The notes below the pieces were generated by a model. The model was not told the origin of the DNA. It saw only the letters and a program-made list of their open reading frames with translations, and searched no databases. A DNA stretch of 64,000 nt from an uncultured Candidatus Rokubacteria bacterium (lineage in GTDB: Bacteria; Methylomirabilota; Methylomirabilia; Rokubacteriales; DASRDR01). Position numbers and translations under genes: made by a program. Where the stretch lies: positions 77,178-141,177 of the forward strand of contig CAWEXD010000004.1 of the NCBI GenBank assembly GCA_963812945.1. Direction: 5' to 3'. Positions 29,665 through 38,726 of the stretch are shown here, piece by piece. How positions within the stretch are numbered: position 1 is the first letter of the stretch; every line of letters starts with the position of its first letter.

Positions 29665-30051
29665 TCAGATGCTCGTGCGCGACGTCGCGGGGACCGGCGG
29701 CGCCGGACTGACCGTCTCGGCGCGATCCTCGTCCTCGTCCGTGACGTCCGGATCCTGATCCCGGTCGAGCTCGGCTGCATCGTCGGGCGCCTCGTTGGTC
29801 GCGAGGATCTGCACCGCGACCTCGTTTCCCGACACCTGCGCGTCACGGAGCTCGAACCACTCGAAGCCCATGGCGGCCGCGCCGCGCACGGCCTGGTCGA
29901 TGGCCGCCTTCACCGCGGCCTTGACCGACTCCTCGGAGCGGTCCGCCAGAGGCGCCGTGGTTTCGATGAGCGCCGCGCCCGCGGCGGCCGAGGGCGGACC
30001 GGAGCAGACCAGCAGTGCAAGCGCGAGCATGGCGAGGAGCGTGCGCGTCAT
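29665..30051 (-). CDS. secreted hypothetical protein (128 aa)
   Basis: ATG at 30051, signal peptide MTRTLLAMLALALLVCSG, acidic C-terminal tail; sigma-54 promoter candidate 40 nt upstream. Confidence 0.5.
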   Translation of the reverse strand: MTRTLLAMLALALLVCSGPPSAAAGAALIETTAPLADRSEESVKAAVKAAIDQAVRGAAAMGFEWFELRDAQVSGNEVAVQILATNEAPDDAAELDRDQDPDVTDEDEDRAETVSPAPPVPATSRTSI

Positions 30052-30103
30052 GGTCGGTCCGCCTTTCCCTGCGAGCCATCGGTGCGTCATGCCGAGACAC
30101 GAG

Positions 30104-30119
30104 TGCGAGTGTCGTGCCA
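30104..30119 (-). promoter_or_regulatory. sigma-54-like promoter TGGCACG-N4-TCGCA
   Basis: perfect -24 box, one mismatch in -12 (GC kept); 40 nt upstream of the 30051 ATG. Confidence 0.45.
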
Positions 30120-30185
30120 GCCACTCACACGCGCACGGACGGGCATGCGCGTGAGAAAGGGGCCGAATCGACCAGCCGCGGCCCG

Positions 30186-31871
30186 TCACGCGCCCGGCGA
30201 CGCCTGCGGCTGTCGCCGGCGCGACAGGGTGTCGCGCTCCGGCTCACGCGGCGGCGGGGCCGCCGACTGGTAGCGAGCGAACACGTCGTAGAGCTGGATC
30301 GGGTGATCGATCTCGGCCGGGAGGGGCGCGTCCGACCGTGCCAGGACGAACGTGCGAAGCTCCTCGGGTGACGGGCCCGCATGGCAGCCGACCTCGTCGA
30401 TGTAGGACACGTGCCCCTCGGGTGCGTCGATGCCATAGACGACGAGGTCGCCGGCGCTCGGCATGGCCATCAGCGCGGTGAGGTCCCGCGTGACGCTCAG
30501 GCGGTCCTCTCGCTCCGCGAAGGGACCGCCCTCGAAGTCGGCCAGGCGATGAGACTGGCCGCGCCAGAAGCAGACGGGGCCGGCCGCCGCGCGCGCGAGA
30601 ACGACGCCGACACCGGCGCTCTTCGAGAGGGCCGCGGCGAGCCCGGGCCATCGGGCCTCGATGGCCTCCAGGAGCACGGGCTCGGGGGTGTCCACAAAGT
30701 ACACGAACGCGTTCGGTCCGGCCGAGACCACCCGGATCCCGTCCCGCTCGAACGACTCGCGGTCATCGAGGTACGGGTCGAACCCGAGCTCGTGCCTGAC
30801 GGCGTCGTCCGGCGGCGGCCCTTCCGTCGGAGCCTCGGCGGAGGCCGCCGCCGGGCGCCCGGCCGGGGAGCTTCCCGGAAGCAGATCGAAGAATGCGCGC
30901 TCGAACCGCTGCCCTCCAGCCATCACGGAATAGGGGATGCTCGACGCTTGCCCGTGGTCCGCGAGGACGTAGAGATCGTAGCGGTACTCGGGCACGCGCC
31001 GGAGGACGCGCCCGATCTGACGGATCGACCGGTCGATCCCGCGCAAGGCCGCGATCGCCTGGCGAGTCCGGGGGCCGGCGGTGTGAGCGGTCTCGTCGTA
31101 GTCCAGGTAGTTGACGTAGATCGCCGGCACCCCGTCGTAAGCGTCGCGGGCAACGGCCAGCGTGAACCACTCGCGTGTCCAGACCGAGATGGCGATTCGC
31201 TTCTTGGCCACCTTCCACGTCAGAGCCCGCTGGCTCGGGTGCCGGGCCATGCGGGCCAGGGCCCGGATGAGCTCCCGGCCGGTGAGCACGACACCTCTCG
31301 CCGCGACCCACGCGACCACCACGAACGCCGAGAGCGTCCGGACCACCCCGGGCGTCCGCGGTCGCGTGAGCCGGGCGAAGCTGAAGAGGTCGTGGATGGC
31401 GCCCCCGGTGAACACGCATCCGTAGACGCTGCCATCCCGCAGGATGCCCGCCCGATCCGCGGCTTGCTCCGCCTCCACGAATGCAGCGTGTCCCGCACGA
31501 GGAAAGTGGATGTCCGTGCGTCGCCGCTTGTCGTGGTAGTGGAACCCGGGAATGTCCGGCTGGACCCCGTACATGGCGGCCATCTGGAAGGCCGGGGTGG
31601 ACGTGGGAATGCCTACCGTCATGGGCGTCAGCCGGTATCCGCCGCGATCCAGGAGGCGCCGGACATGCGGCATCTCCCCGGAGGAGAGCGCCTGCTCGAA
31701 GACGGTGCGCGAGAGCCCGTCGATCTGGACGATCAGGAGACGCCGCCGCCCGGCCGCGGGCGGGACGCCAAGCCGGAATCGCCGGACGATCCGGTCGATC
31801 GCCCGCTGGGCGTGGAGAAACAGGTCGGCGACGGTCATCGGCGCTGGCCCGGCGGGCTGTTCATCGCTCAC
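30186..31871 (-). CDS. alkaline phosphatase superfamily protein (type I phosphodiesterase/nucleotide pyrophosphatase-like)
   Basis: LIVQIDGLS metal-site lead motif and later Asp/His clusters typical of the AlkP core; GTG start 8 nt below the PBP stop. Confidence 0.6.
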   Translation of the reverse strand: MSDEQPAGPAPMTVADLFLHAQRAIDRIVRRFRLGVPPAAGRRRLLIVQIDGLSRTVFEQALSSGEMPHVRRLLDRGGYRLTPMTVGIPTSTPAFQMAAMYGVQPDIPGFHYHDKRRRTDIHFPRAGHAAFVEAEQAADRAGILRDGSVYGCVFTGGAIHDLFSFARLTRPRTPGVVRTLSAFVVVAWVAARGVVLTGRELIRALARMARHPSQRALTWKVAKKRIAISVWTREWFTLAVARDAYDGVPAIYVNYLDYDETAHTAGPRTRQAIAALRGIDRSIRQIGRVLRRVPEYRYDLYVLADHGQASSIPYSVMAGGQRFERAFFDLLPGSSPAGRPAAASAEAPTEGPPPDDAVRHELGFDPYLDDRESFERDGIRVVSAGPNAFVYFVDTPEPVLLEAIEARWPGLAAALSKSAGVGVVLARAAAGPVCFWRGQSHRLADFEGGPFAEREDRLSVTRDLTALMAMPSAGDLVVYGIDAPEGHVSYIDEVGCHAGPSPEELRTFVLARSDAPLPAEIDHPIQLYDVFARYQSAAPPPREPERDTLSRRRQPQASPGA

Positions 31872-34209
31872 CCGGCGCCGCCGTCATCGGCGGCCGGTCG
31901 CCGGGGACCCAGATCGACGCGACGGGGTGCGCCACGGGGCCACAGGGCTCGGCAAGCTCGGTCGAGGGCAAGAAGGCGTCCGGGATCGAATTGCCGCAGA
32001 CGTGGCGGACGGCAACGGTCGGTGGCACGGTGAACTCGCCCGGCTCCTCGAGGAGCGCGGCCGCCCGCATGAAGTCGGCCCAGATCGGCAATGCTCCCTG
32101 GCCGCCCGACAGGCCGAGCGGTGCACCGTCGTCGAATCCGACCCAGACCACCGTCACCAGGCGAGGCGAGTAGCCGGCGAACCACGCATCGCGCGTGTCG
32201 TTCGTGGTACCGGTCTTCCCCGCGAGGGCGCCACCGAGACCGAGGGCCCGGACCGCGGCGCCCGTACCACGGTCCACGACCCCGCGCAGCAGGTGCGTGA
32301 CGACATACGCTTCCTCGGGCAGGAGACGGGGCACTCCGCGCGGGACCGGAGAGATCCCTTCGCGTCCTTCGACTGCGCGCACGGCGTGGGGTCCCACGAG
32401 CGCGCCCCCGTTCGCGAGCGTCGCGTACGCTGTGGCGAGCTCGAGTGGCGTCACTTCGAAGCTACCCAGGGCCAGGGCGGGCACCGGGCTGATGCGGCTC
32501 GTCAAGCCGACGTCGCGCGCCGTCCGGACCACATTGCCGAGGCCGACCGCCTGGGCGATCCGGACCGCCGCAACGTTGGACGACCGCTCGAGCGCCTGTC
32601 GCACGGTGATCAGTCCATCGAACCGATCCTCGAAGTTGCGGGGGGCCCATACCCCCTGCGGGGTCTCGAGCTCGACGGGCAGATCCTCGACCACTGACGC
32701 GGGTGTCACCACGGGCGATTGCCCGGCCACCCCGCGCCGGAGGGCGGCCAGGAAGACGAAGGGCTTGAAGGCAGACCCTGGCTGCCGGCGGGCGTGAGTC
32801 ACGCGGTTGAACGCGGAGAGCTCGTAGTCTCGACCTCCCACGAGGGCCAGGATCGCGCCCGTTACAGGGTCGAGCGCCACCACCGCGGCCTGGAGCCGCC
32901 CCCCGGACGGGGAGCGACGGAGGCCCCGGTGTGCGCTCTCCAGTCGGTCCAGCCCACGGGCCACGGCCACCTCCGCCGCCCGCTGGAGACCCGTATCGAG
33001 CGTCGTGTAGATCCGCGGACTCCCGGCCCCCAGGTCGGCGCCCGTCGCCCCGCGCACGTGGTCCAGGAAGTAGGGAGCTTGGGACGGCAGGGCCGTCCCC
33101 GCCCGCACGTGAACGCGCTCGGCGGCGGCCCCCGCGAGCGCCGCCCCGTCGATCATGCCGAGCTCGTGCATCCGGCGCAGGACCACGTCGCGCCGCCGCC
33201 GCGCGCGCTCCGGATGCTCCGCCGGCGAGTAGCGATTGGGCGCCCGGATCATGCCCGCCAGGAGCGCGCTCTCGGCGAGGGTGAGACGCCGCCCGTCTTT
33301 GCCCCAATAGCTCTGTGCCGCGGCCCCTACTCCGAGAATAGCGGCCCGGCCTCGCTGGCCGAGGTAGACGGTGTTGAGGTACGCCTCCAGGATCCGCTCC
33401 TTCGGATGGCGGCGCTCGAGCGCCAGCGCCAGGGCACCCTCCCGGACCTTCCGGATCCAGGTGCGCTCCGGGCCCAGGACCAGGTTTTTCACGAGCTGCT
33501 GCGTCAGCGTGCTGGCCCCCTGCGCGATCTCGCCGCGCGAGGTGTTCACGGCCAGGGCGCGGCCGATGGCCAGGAGATCGAGGCCTTCGTGATCGAAGAA
33601 TCGGTGGTCCTCCGCCGCGAGGACCGCTCCCGGAACGAAGTGCGACATCTCCGCGAGCGCCAGCGGTCGCCGTCGCTCGAATCCCGTCTCCCCGACTCCG
33701 ACGAGGAGCTCGGGCTCGAGCTCGGCGCCGGGCATGTCCGCGCCGGTGACGTCCGCCACCCCGACGATCCGCGAGCTCTGCAGCTCCAGGCGAACGCGCA
33801 TGGCGGGGCGGGCGACGTCCTCGCGAGCCCGGAGGTGGATCTCCCATCGCTCACGGGTCCGGCGGAACTCGCCGGGCTGCGCGGGGGCCGTGGAGACCTC
33901 CCGATAACGGAGCCGATCGAGACTCTCCCCGACGGCCCCGATCGCGACACCCGGCCGAAGACGCTGGCCGGCGGCGAACACCAAAGGTGTCTCCTGGACG
34001 GCGTCGAGGTCGAGGCGGGCGGCGGTCACCTCCGCCCACCCGGCCAGGGCCGTCATCGTCGCCACCACGCCGGCCAGGACCGAGACGGCCGCGACTCGAA
34101 CGGAGCGGGGCGCCCGGTGCCATGCGTCCCGTCCCGCCCCGCCGACTCGAGCGAGAGCGCGACGGGCGCTGTTCCAGCTTCCGCTCGGACGGGATCCGGG
34201 CCGCCTCAT
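31861..34209 (-). CDS. class A penicillin-binding protein (bifunctional glycosyltransferase/transpeptidase, PBP1A-type)
   Basis: N-terminal TM anchor, GT51 motifs EDHRFFDH, GASTLTQQ, RKVRE, then transpeptidase SxxK-type region. Confidence 0.85.
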   Translation of the reverse strand: MRRPGSRPSGSWNSARRALARVGGAGRDAWHRAPRSVRVAAVSVLAGVVATMTALAGWAEVTAARLDLDAVQETPLVFAAGQRLRPGVAIGAVGESLDRLRYREVSTAPAQPGEFRRTRERWEIHLRAREDVARPAMRVRLELQSSRIVGVADVTGADMPGAELEPELLVGVGETGFERRRPLALAEMSHFVPGAVLAAEDHRFFDHEGLDLLAIGRALAVNTSRGEIAQGASTLTQQLVKNLVLGPERTWIRKVREGALALALERRHPKERILEAYLNTVYLGQRGRAAILGVGAAAQSYWGKDGRRLTLAESALLAGMIRAPNRYSPAEHPERARRRRDVVLRRMHELGMIDGAALAGAAAERVHVRAGTALPSQAPYFLDHVRGATGADLGAGSPRIYTTLDTGLQRAAEVAVARGLDRLESAHRGLRRSPSGGRLQAAVVALDPVTGAILALVGGRDYELSAFNRVTHARRQPGSAFKPFVFLAALRRGVAGQSPVVTPASVVEDLPVELETPQGVWAPRNFEDRFDGLITVRQALERSSNVAAVRIAQAVGLGNVVRTARDVGLTSRISPVPALALGSFEVTPLELATAYATLANGGALVGPHAVRAVEGREGISPVPRGVPRLLPEEAYVVTHLLRGVVDRGTGAAVRALGLGGALAGKTGTTNDTRDAWFAGYSPRLVTVVWVGFDDGAPLGLSGGQGALPIWADFMRAAALLEEPGEFTVPPTVAVRHVCGNSIPDAFLPSTELAEPCGPVAHPVASIWVPGDRPPMTAAPGER

Positions 34210-34233
34210 CGACGTCGCGTGGCCTGTGCCGGC

Positions 34234-34311
34234 CTACACGACGCCGAACAGCCAGAGAATGACAATCAGAAACACCGGGACGCCGAGCATGTAGAGAATC
34301 ACGGGGCGCAT
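34234..34311 (-). CDS. 25-aa hydrophobic peptide (paralog of 19865..19939)
   Basis: MRPVILYMLGVPVFLIVILWLFGVV; SD AAGGAGGTG; sigma-54 promoter about 32 nt upstream; only 24 nt before the PBP1A start. Confidence 0.45.
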   Translation of the reverse strand: MRPVILYMLGVPVFLIVILWLFGVV

Positions 34312-34352
34312 GGCGTACACCTCCTTCTCGCGTGTCGCACTGCTGTGGTGAA

Positions 34353-34369
34353 GGCAATCTCTATGCCGG
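34353..34369 (-). promoter_or_regulatory. sigma-54 promoter CGGCAT-N5-TTGCC
   Basis: predicted TSS about 32 nt upstream of the 34311 ATG (tiny peptide, then PBP1A). Confidence 0.5.
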
Positions 34370-34446
34370 CCACAGCCGGTTGGCCGAAGCGTGTCGGCGA
34401 TCGATGTAGCGATCGATGGAGAAGGAACCGGGCACGCCATGCGCGC

Positions 34447-34472
34447 CACGGTGTCGCGAGCGCGACACCACG
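34447..34472. promoter_or_regulatory. palindromic UAS-like element CACGGTGTCGCGAGCGCGACACCACG
   Basis: contains GTGTC/GACAC dyad words; centre about 93 nt (82 plus one helical turn) from -24 GG of the promoter at 34353..34369. Confidence 0.35.
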
Positions 34473-34687
34473 ACGCTCGTGGCTCCTTGCGCTCCGGGCG
34501 CGCGCTCCGTGGACAGTTCCCGCGGGGAGGCTCCCGCGATCGAATCAAACCCACGGCGTGACGGCACGGCTTTCGCACCTCGCAGAGCGCGATGGTGGCT
34601 CTCCCAGGCGACGCCGAGAAGAAGGTTGACGCTCCCGAAAGGCGTCCGGCCTCCCCCGACCGCCACGGCCAATCACCGAACCAGCCG

Positions 34688-36451
34688 ATGCTCCGGGGTG
34701 TTCACCCCATCGCCCTCCTGGTCGGGGTGGTCACCTGGGTCGGGGCGCTCTATCTCGGGCGCGGCTTTCTCGCGCCGGTGGCGGTCGCCGGGCTCCTCAC
34801 GTTCCTCCTGAACCCCATCGTCCGCCTCTTCGAGCGGCGCCTCCCTCGGGTCGCGGCCGTGATCCTGGTCGTGGTGCTGACCTTCTCGGTGCTGGGCGCG
34901 CTGGGCTGGATGCTCGCCGTGCAGGCCGCCAGCCTGGGCGGGGAGATCCCCGGGTACCGGGACAACCTCAAGCGGAAGATCGCCGACGTCCGGGGCGCGA
35001 GCCGCGGCAGCGTGATCGAGAAGGTGCAGACGGCGACGAAGGAGGTCGTCGAGGAGCTCCAGAAGGAGGGGAAGCCGGTCAAGCCGGCCGAGAAGCCGGT
35101 GCCCGTGGTGGTGCAGTCGCAGCCATCCTGGCAGCTCCCCGCCCTGCTGGAAATGCTCGGGAACGTGGGGCTCGTGCTCGTCCTCGTGGTCTTCATGCTG
35201 CTGGAGCGGCTGCAGCTGCGCGATCGGCTGATCCGCGTCATCGGCTTCGGTCGGATGGCCACCACGACCAAGGCGATGGACGAGGCCGCGCAGCGGATCA
35301 GTCACTACCTCACGATGCAGACCGTCATCAACGGCTCGTTCGGACTCGGCGTGGCCCTGGGAACCCTGCTGATCGGCCTCCCCCACGCCTTCGTGTGGGG
35401 CTTCCTGGCCGCCGGGCTGCGCTTCATCCCGTACGTCGGCCCCTGGGCGGGCGCGCTCCTGGTCTCCCTGGCCGGGCTTGCCGTGTTCGACGGATGGCTC
35501 CAGCCCGTGCTGATCGCCGGGCTCTTCGTCGTGCTGGAGCTCTTCACCAACCTGGTGCTGGAGACGTACCTCTACAGTCAGAGCGCGGGTGTGTCCCAGG
35601 TGGCGCTGCTCCTGGCCGTCGCGTTCTGGACCTGGATCTGGGGGGCGATCGGGCTCGCCCTGGCGACGCCCCTCACCGTTTGCCTGGTGGTCCTCGCGAA
35701 GTACGTGCCGGACCTGGAGATCGTGTCGGTGCTCATGTCGGACGAGCCCGTCATGGGGCCGGGTCTGAGCTACTACCAGCGCCTGCTCGCCCGCGACGAG
35801 AACGAGGCGGCGGCGCTCGTCGAGGACTACGTCAAGTCACATCCGGGACAGGACGTCTACGACGAGGTCTTCGTGTCGGCCCTCAACCACGCGCAGCGGG
35901 ACCATCGGCGGGGCCGGATCACCGACGCGGACCTGCGCTTCGTCGAGCAGACGACCCGGCACCTCGTCGAGGAGCTCGAGCTCCCGCGGCCCCCGGCGGA
36001 GTCGCCAGCCCGCCCGGCCTCTCTCGTCCTCGGCCTGCCCGCGCAGGAGGAAGCGGACGAGGTGGCCCTCTTGATGCTCAAGCAGCGCCTCGATCCGGGG
36101 CGTTTCGAGGTGGACGTCGCCTCCCCCGATCTCCTGGTCAGCGAGGCCATCACCCGCGTCGAGGACCGCGAGCCCGCCGCCGTCCTGATCGGCGCGCTGG
36201 CCGGCGCCGGGCACGCCGTGCACCTCCGCTCCCTGTGCAAGCGATTGCGGGCGCGGTTCCCCGATCTTCCGATCGTGGTCGGGTGGTGGGGCGCGGATGG
36301 CGGCGGCGAGGCGGCCCGTGACGTGATGATGGCAGCGGGAGCCGACCGCATGACCGTGAGCCTTGCGGACGCGTGCGCCCAAATTCAGGAGCTGGCGCTG
36401 CTGCGGCGCTCGCCAATGCCCACCGTCGCGCCGGCCCCTTCAACACTCTAG
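34688..36451 (+). CDS. AI-2E family transporter (UPF0118/PerM-like) with long C-terminal cytoplasmic extension
   Basis: 8 TM AI-2E core (about 350 aa), then about 230-aa soluble tail. Confidence 0.75.
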   Translation: MLRGVHPIALLVGVVTWVGALYLGRGFLAPVAVAGLLTFLLNPIVRLFERRLPRVAAVILVVVLTFSVLGALGWMLAVQAASLGGEIPGYRDNLKRKIADVRGASRGSVIEKVQTATKEVVEELQKEGKPVKPAEKPVPVVVQSQPSWQLPALLEMLGNVGLVLVLVVFMLLERLQLRDRLIRVIGFGRMATTTKAMDEAAQRISHYLTMQTVINGSFGLGVALGTLLIGLPHAFVWGFLAAGLRFIPYVGPWAGALLVSLAGLAVFDGWLQPVLIAGLFVVLELFTNLVLETYLYSQSAGVSQVALLLAVAFWTWIWGAIGLALATPLTVCLVVLAKYVPDLEIVSVLMSDEPVMGPGLSYYQRLLARDENEAAALVEDYVKSHPGQDVYDEVFVSALNHAQRDHRRGRITDADLRFVEQTTRHLVEELELPRPPAESPARPASLVLGLPAQEEADEVALLMLKQRLDPGRFEVDVASPDLLVSEAITRVEDREPAAVLIGALAGAGHAVHLRSLCKRLRARFPDLPIVVGWWGADGGGEAARDVMMAAGADRMTVSLADACAQIQELALLRRSPMPTVAPAPSTL

Positions 36452-36620
36452 GCTCCAGGGCCCCCCGGAGCGCGCCGTCACCGTGTCGTGTCAACGACAC
36501 CGTGGCCAGGTCGTGTGCGGTCGAACACCGTGAAGACGTCGAGACTCGCCGGCGACGACTGTCGCTCATGTGCAGGCAGGACCGACCGTTTCCCTTCGAT
36601 TGCGATCCCGACGCCTCAGC

Positions 36621-36636
36621 GGGCAGCAGTGTTGCT
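36621..36636 (+). promoter_or_regulatory. sigma-54-like promoter GGGCAG-N5-TTGCT
   Basis: GG-N10-GC; about 60 nt upstream of the csbD ATG; weaker -24 box. Confidence 0.4.
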
Positions 36637-36706
36637 ATCTCGTCTCTCGGCAGACACGCTCGCGCGGCTGCCGAACGACCCACGGGTCGCAACCAGGAGG
36701 ATACGA

Positions 36707-36943
36707 ATGAACGCGGACATCATGGACGGGAAGTGGAAGCAGATGCGCGGCCAGATGAGGGAGTGGTGGGGCAAGCTCACCGACGACGACTTCGACGTCA
36801 TCGCGGGCAAGCGCGACAAGCTCATCGGCAAGCTCCAGGAGAAGTACGGCTGGGCCAAGCACGATGCGGAGAACGAAGTGTCGCGCCGCTTCCGTGAGCT
36901 CGACGCGACCATCCAGGAGCCGTCCGGGACGTACACGCCCTAG
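36707..36943 (+). CDS. csbD: CsbD-family stress protein
   Basis: ATG with AGGAGG 6 nt upstream; GKWKQMRGQ.REWWGKLTDDD...GK.D.L.GK.QEKYGW CsbD signature. Confidence 0.75.
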   Translation: MNADIMDGKWKQMRGQMREWWGKLTDDDFDVIAGKRDKLIGKLQEKYGWAKHDAENEVSRRFRELDATIQEPSGTYTP

Positions 36944-36991
36944 GGAGGTCGTCCCAGGGCCTCTAACCGCTTGACAAGGGAGGTGACACAA

Positions 36992-37297
36992 ATGCGACAC
37001 CTGTTCCGTTCGATGCTCGCGCTGACCCTGCTCATGGCGGTCACCGCGGGCTGCACCGCCATGACCGGCAAGTCGGCCGGGGACAACGTCGACGACGTCA
37101 AGATCACCACGGCCGTGAAGACCAAGCTCGCCGGCGAGAAACCGGCGACTCTCACGAAGGTCGACGTCGACACGAACAAGGGCACCGTCTACCTGACGGG
37201 CAACGTCGAGAACACGGCAATCAAGGCGCGGGCGACCGAGCTCGCCCAGTCTGTCTCCGGCGTCCGTGAGGTCGTCAACAACCTGAAGGTCCAGTAG
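36992..37297 (+). CDS. BON-domain lipoprotein (OsmY-like)
   Basis: SD GGGAGGTG; lipobox LTLLMAVTAGC; BON domain. Confidence 0.75.
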   Translation: MRHLFRSMLALTLLMAVTAGCTAMTGKSAGDNVDDVKITTAVKTKLAGEKPATLTKVDVDTNKGTVYLTGNVENTAIKARATELAQSVSGVREVVNNLKVQ

Positions 37298-37314
37298 TCG
37301 CGTCGAGACGGGCT

Positions 37315-37347
37315 GTCCCGGTTCCCCGGTCTCCGGGGTGCCGGGAC
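37315..37347. terminator. nested hairpin after the BON lipoprotein gene
   Basis: gtcccgg..ccccggtctccgggg..ccgggac. Confidence 0.35.
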
Positions 37348-37387
37348 GGCCCAGTGCGAACCTTGGTCCACAGGGGAGGTGAAAGCG

Positions 37388-37540
37388 TTGACCACCCTAC
37401 TGTTGATCCTGCTCATCCTGCTGATCGTGGGGGCCCTGCCCGCGTGGCCGTACAGCGGCGGCTGGGGCTACTATCCGAGCGGCGGCTTGGGCCTGATCCT
37501 GCTGGTCGTCCTGGTCCTGTTCCTCAGCGGGCGCCTCTGA
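37388..37540 (+). CDS. DUF3309-family small membrane protein (50 aa)
   Basis: TTG start with GGAGGTG 6 nt upstream; TTLLLILLILLIVGALPAWPYSGGWGYYPSGGLGLILLVVLVLFL matches the DUF3309 pattern. Confidence 0.55.
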   Translation: MTTLLLILLILLIVGALPAWPYSGGWGYYPSGGLGLILLVVLVLFLSGRL

Positions 37541-37563
37541 CGACGCGGCCTGCCGACGAAGAA

Positions 37564-37591
37564 ACGGCCCTGGAGGGACCTCCAGGGCCGT
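37564..37591. terminator. 12-bp stem hairpin between convergent DUF3309 and hydrophilic-protein genes
   Basis: acggccctggag-ggac-ctccagggccgt. Confidence 0.45.
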
Positions 37592-37623
37592 CGTCCGTTG
37601 TCCTGACGCCGTCCGTCCGCGGA

Positions 37624-38010
37624 TCAGCGTTTGGTCGGCTCGGCCTCGCGTTGGCTCCGGTTCTGGCGACCTGTCGGCTGCTCGGACGGACTCGCCTCGG
37701 TGCCCAACCGGACCGGACGACCCGATTGCCGGTCGCTCCGCTCATCGTCTTGGTCACCCTCGAGCTGGACCGGGCGGCCGGACTCCCGGTCGCTCCGCTC
37801 GCCCTCGAAGAAGTCCTTGCGCTTTACTCCCGCCCCCGGGGTCGGGAGCGGCTTGTCGGTCGGATCACCCGCTGCAGGCTTCTCGAATCCCTTGCGCTGC
37901 TCGAAATCGTCGGGCATCCGGTCGCGCGCAGCGTTGTCGGGAGCGTTCGCGCCGGCACCCGGCCCGTTCAGCTTCTCGTCCGGTCGGCGATTGACTCTCT
38001 TCTTGCTCAT
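37624..38010 (-). CDS. hydrophilic, low-complexity stress-type protein with internal 14-aa repeats
   Basis: ATG at 38010 with AAGGAGG SD; no hydrophobic segment; repeats ERSDRESGRPVQLE / ERSDRQSGRPVRLG; sigma-54 promoter 70 nt upstream. Confidence 0.5.
   Translation of the reverse strand: MSKKRVNRRPDEKLNGPGAGANAPDNAARDRMPDDFEQRKGFEKPAAGDPTDKPLPTPGAGVKRKDFFEGERSDRESGRPVQLEGDQDDERSDRQSGRPVRLGTEASPSEQPTGRQNRSQREAEPTKR
37707..37805 (-). repeat. two about 42-nt direct repeats 57 nt apart inside CDS 37624..38010
   Basis: ccggaccggacgacccgattgccggtcgctccgctcatcgtc vs ctggaccgggcggccggactcccggtcgctccgctcgccctc; encode the ERSDR.SGRPV.L peptide repeats. Confidence 0.4.
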
Positions 38011-38089
38011 GCCGTGGTCCTCCTTGCGGGAATGCGACCGTCCTACGGCCAACTCCACTGGTCCGGGACGGCCATCGTGAGCGGATTGG

Positions 38090-38105
38090 TGCAAGGCAGG
38101 TGCCC
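38090..38105 (-). promoter_or_regulatory. sigma-54 promoter GGGCAC-N5-TTGCA
   Basis: 70 nt upstream of ATG 38010; divergent from the promoter at 38266. Confidence 0.6.
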
Positions 38106-38168
38106 CCGGCTGCGAACGTCCAACTCCGGTCGGGCCAAGCGCACGGCGCGGCCCGAGCGCCGGCGTGA

Positions 38169-38200
38169 CGTCACCCTGTCGTGACTCCGACACGGTGACG
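38169..38200. promoter_or_regulatory. dyad UAS-like element CGTCACCCTGTC-N8-GACACGGTGACG (candidate activator site)
   Basis: 12-bp inverted repeat with 10/12 arm complementarity, preceded by palindrome GTGACGTCAC; centre is 81-82 nt from the -24 GG of both divergent sigma-54 promoters (38090..38105 and 38266..38281). Confidence 0.5.
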
Positions 38201-38265
38201 CCCGCCGGGGGTAGCAATGCCTCGCCGCCGGCAGCGATCCGCGGCCGGCGCGCTCGTCACCGGGG

Positions 38266-38281
38266 TGGCACACGACTTGCG
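38266..38281 (+). promoter_or_regulatory. sigma-54 promoter TGGCAC-N5-TTGCG
   Basis: predicted TSS about 38291, 33 nt before the DUF883 ATG with GGAGGAAGG SD. Confidence 0.6.
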
Positions 38282-38323
38282 ACACGTCCGGGCGACCGGC
38301 AATCACCGAACGGAGGAAGGATC

Positions 38324-38701
38324 ATGGAAGAGCGAATTCGCAGAGAGACCGAGCAGCCGATCGGCGAGTGGGCGAGGTCCGAGGCCCGCGACATCACGGA
38401 CACCGCCCGCCAGCGCGTCCACGAGGCCGCCCGTGGCACGCAGGACTACGCCACCGAGGCCAAGGAATACGTGCAGGGCGCCGTCCGGCAGACGAAGGAC
38501 TACGTCGCGGGCGCGCGGGAGTACGTCGAGGACACCGTCCAGCAGACTCGCGACAAGATCAGCGAATACAGCGAGGGCGGCATCGACAGGGTCAAGCGGG
38601 ACGTCACGGGATACACGCGCGAGCAGCCGATGACCGCGCTGCTCATCGCGGCCGGCGCCGGGCTGGTGCTCGGCTGGCTGAGCGCCGCGGGCCGGCGCTG
38701 A
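38324..38701 (+). CDS. DUF883/ElaB-family membrane-anchored protein
   Basis: SD GGAGGAAGG; coiled-coil N-part, conserved C-terminal TM anchor PMTALLIAAGAGLVLGWL. Confidence 0.7.
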   Translation: MEERIRRETEQPIGEWARSEARDITDTARQRVHEAARGTQDYATEAKEYVQGAVRQTKDYVAGAREYVEDTVQQTRDKISEYSEGGIDRVKRDVTGYTREQPMTALLIAAGAGLVLGWLSAAGRR

Positions 38702-38726
38702 CGGCACCGACCGCTGGAGGGCGCCC

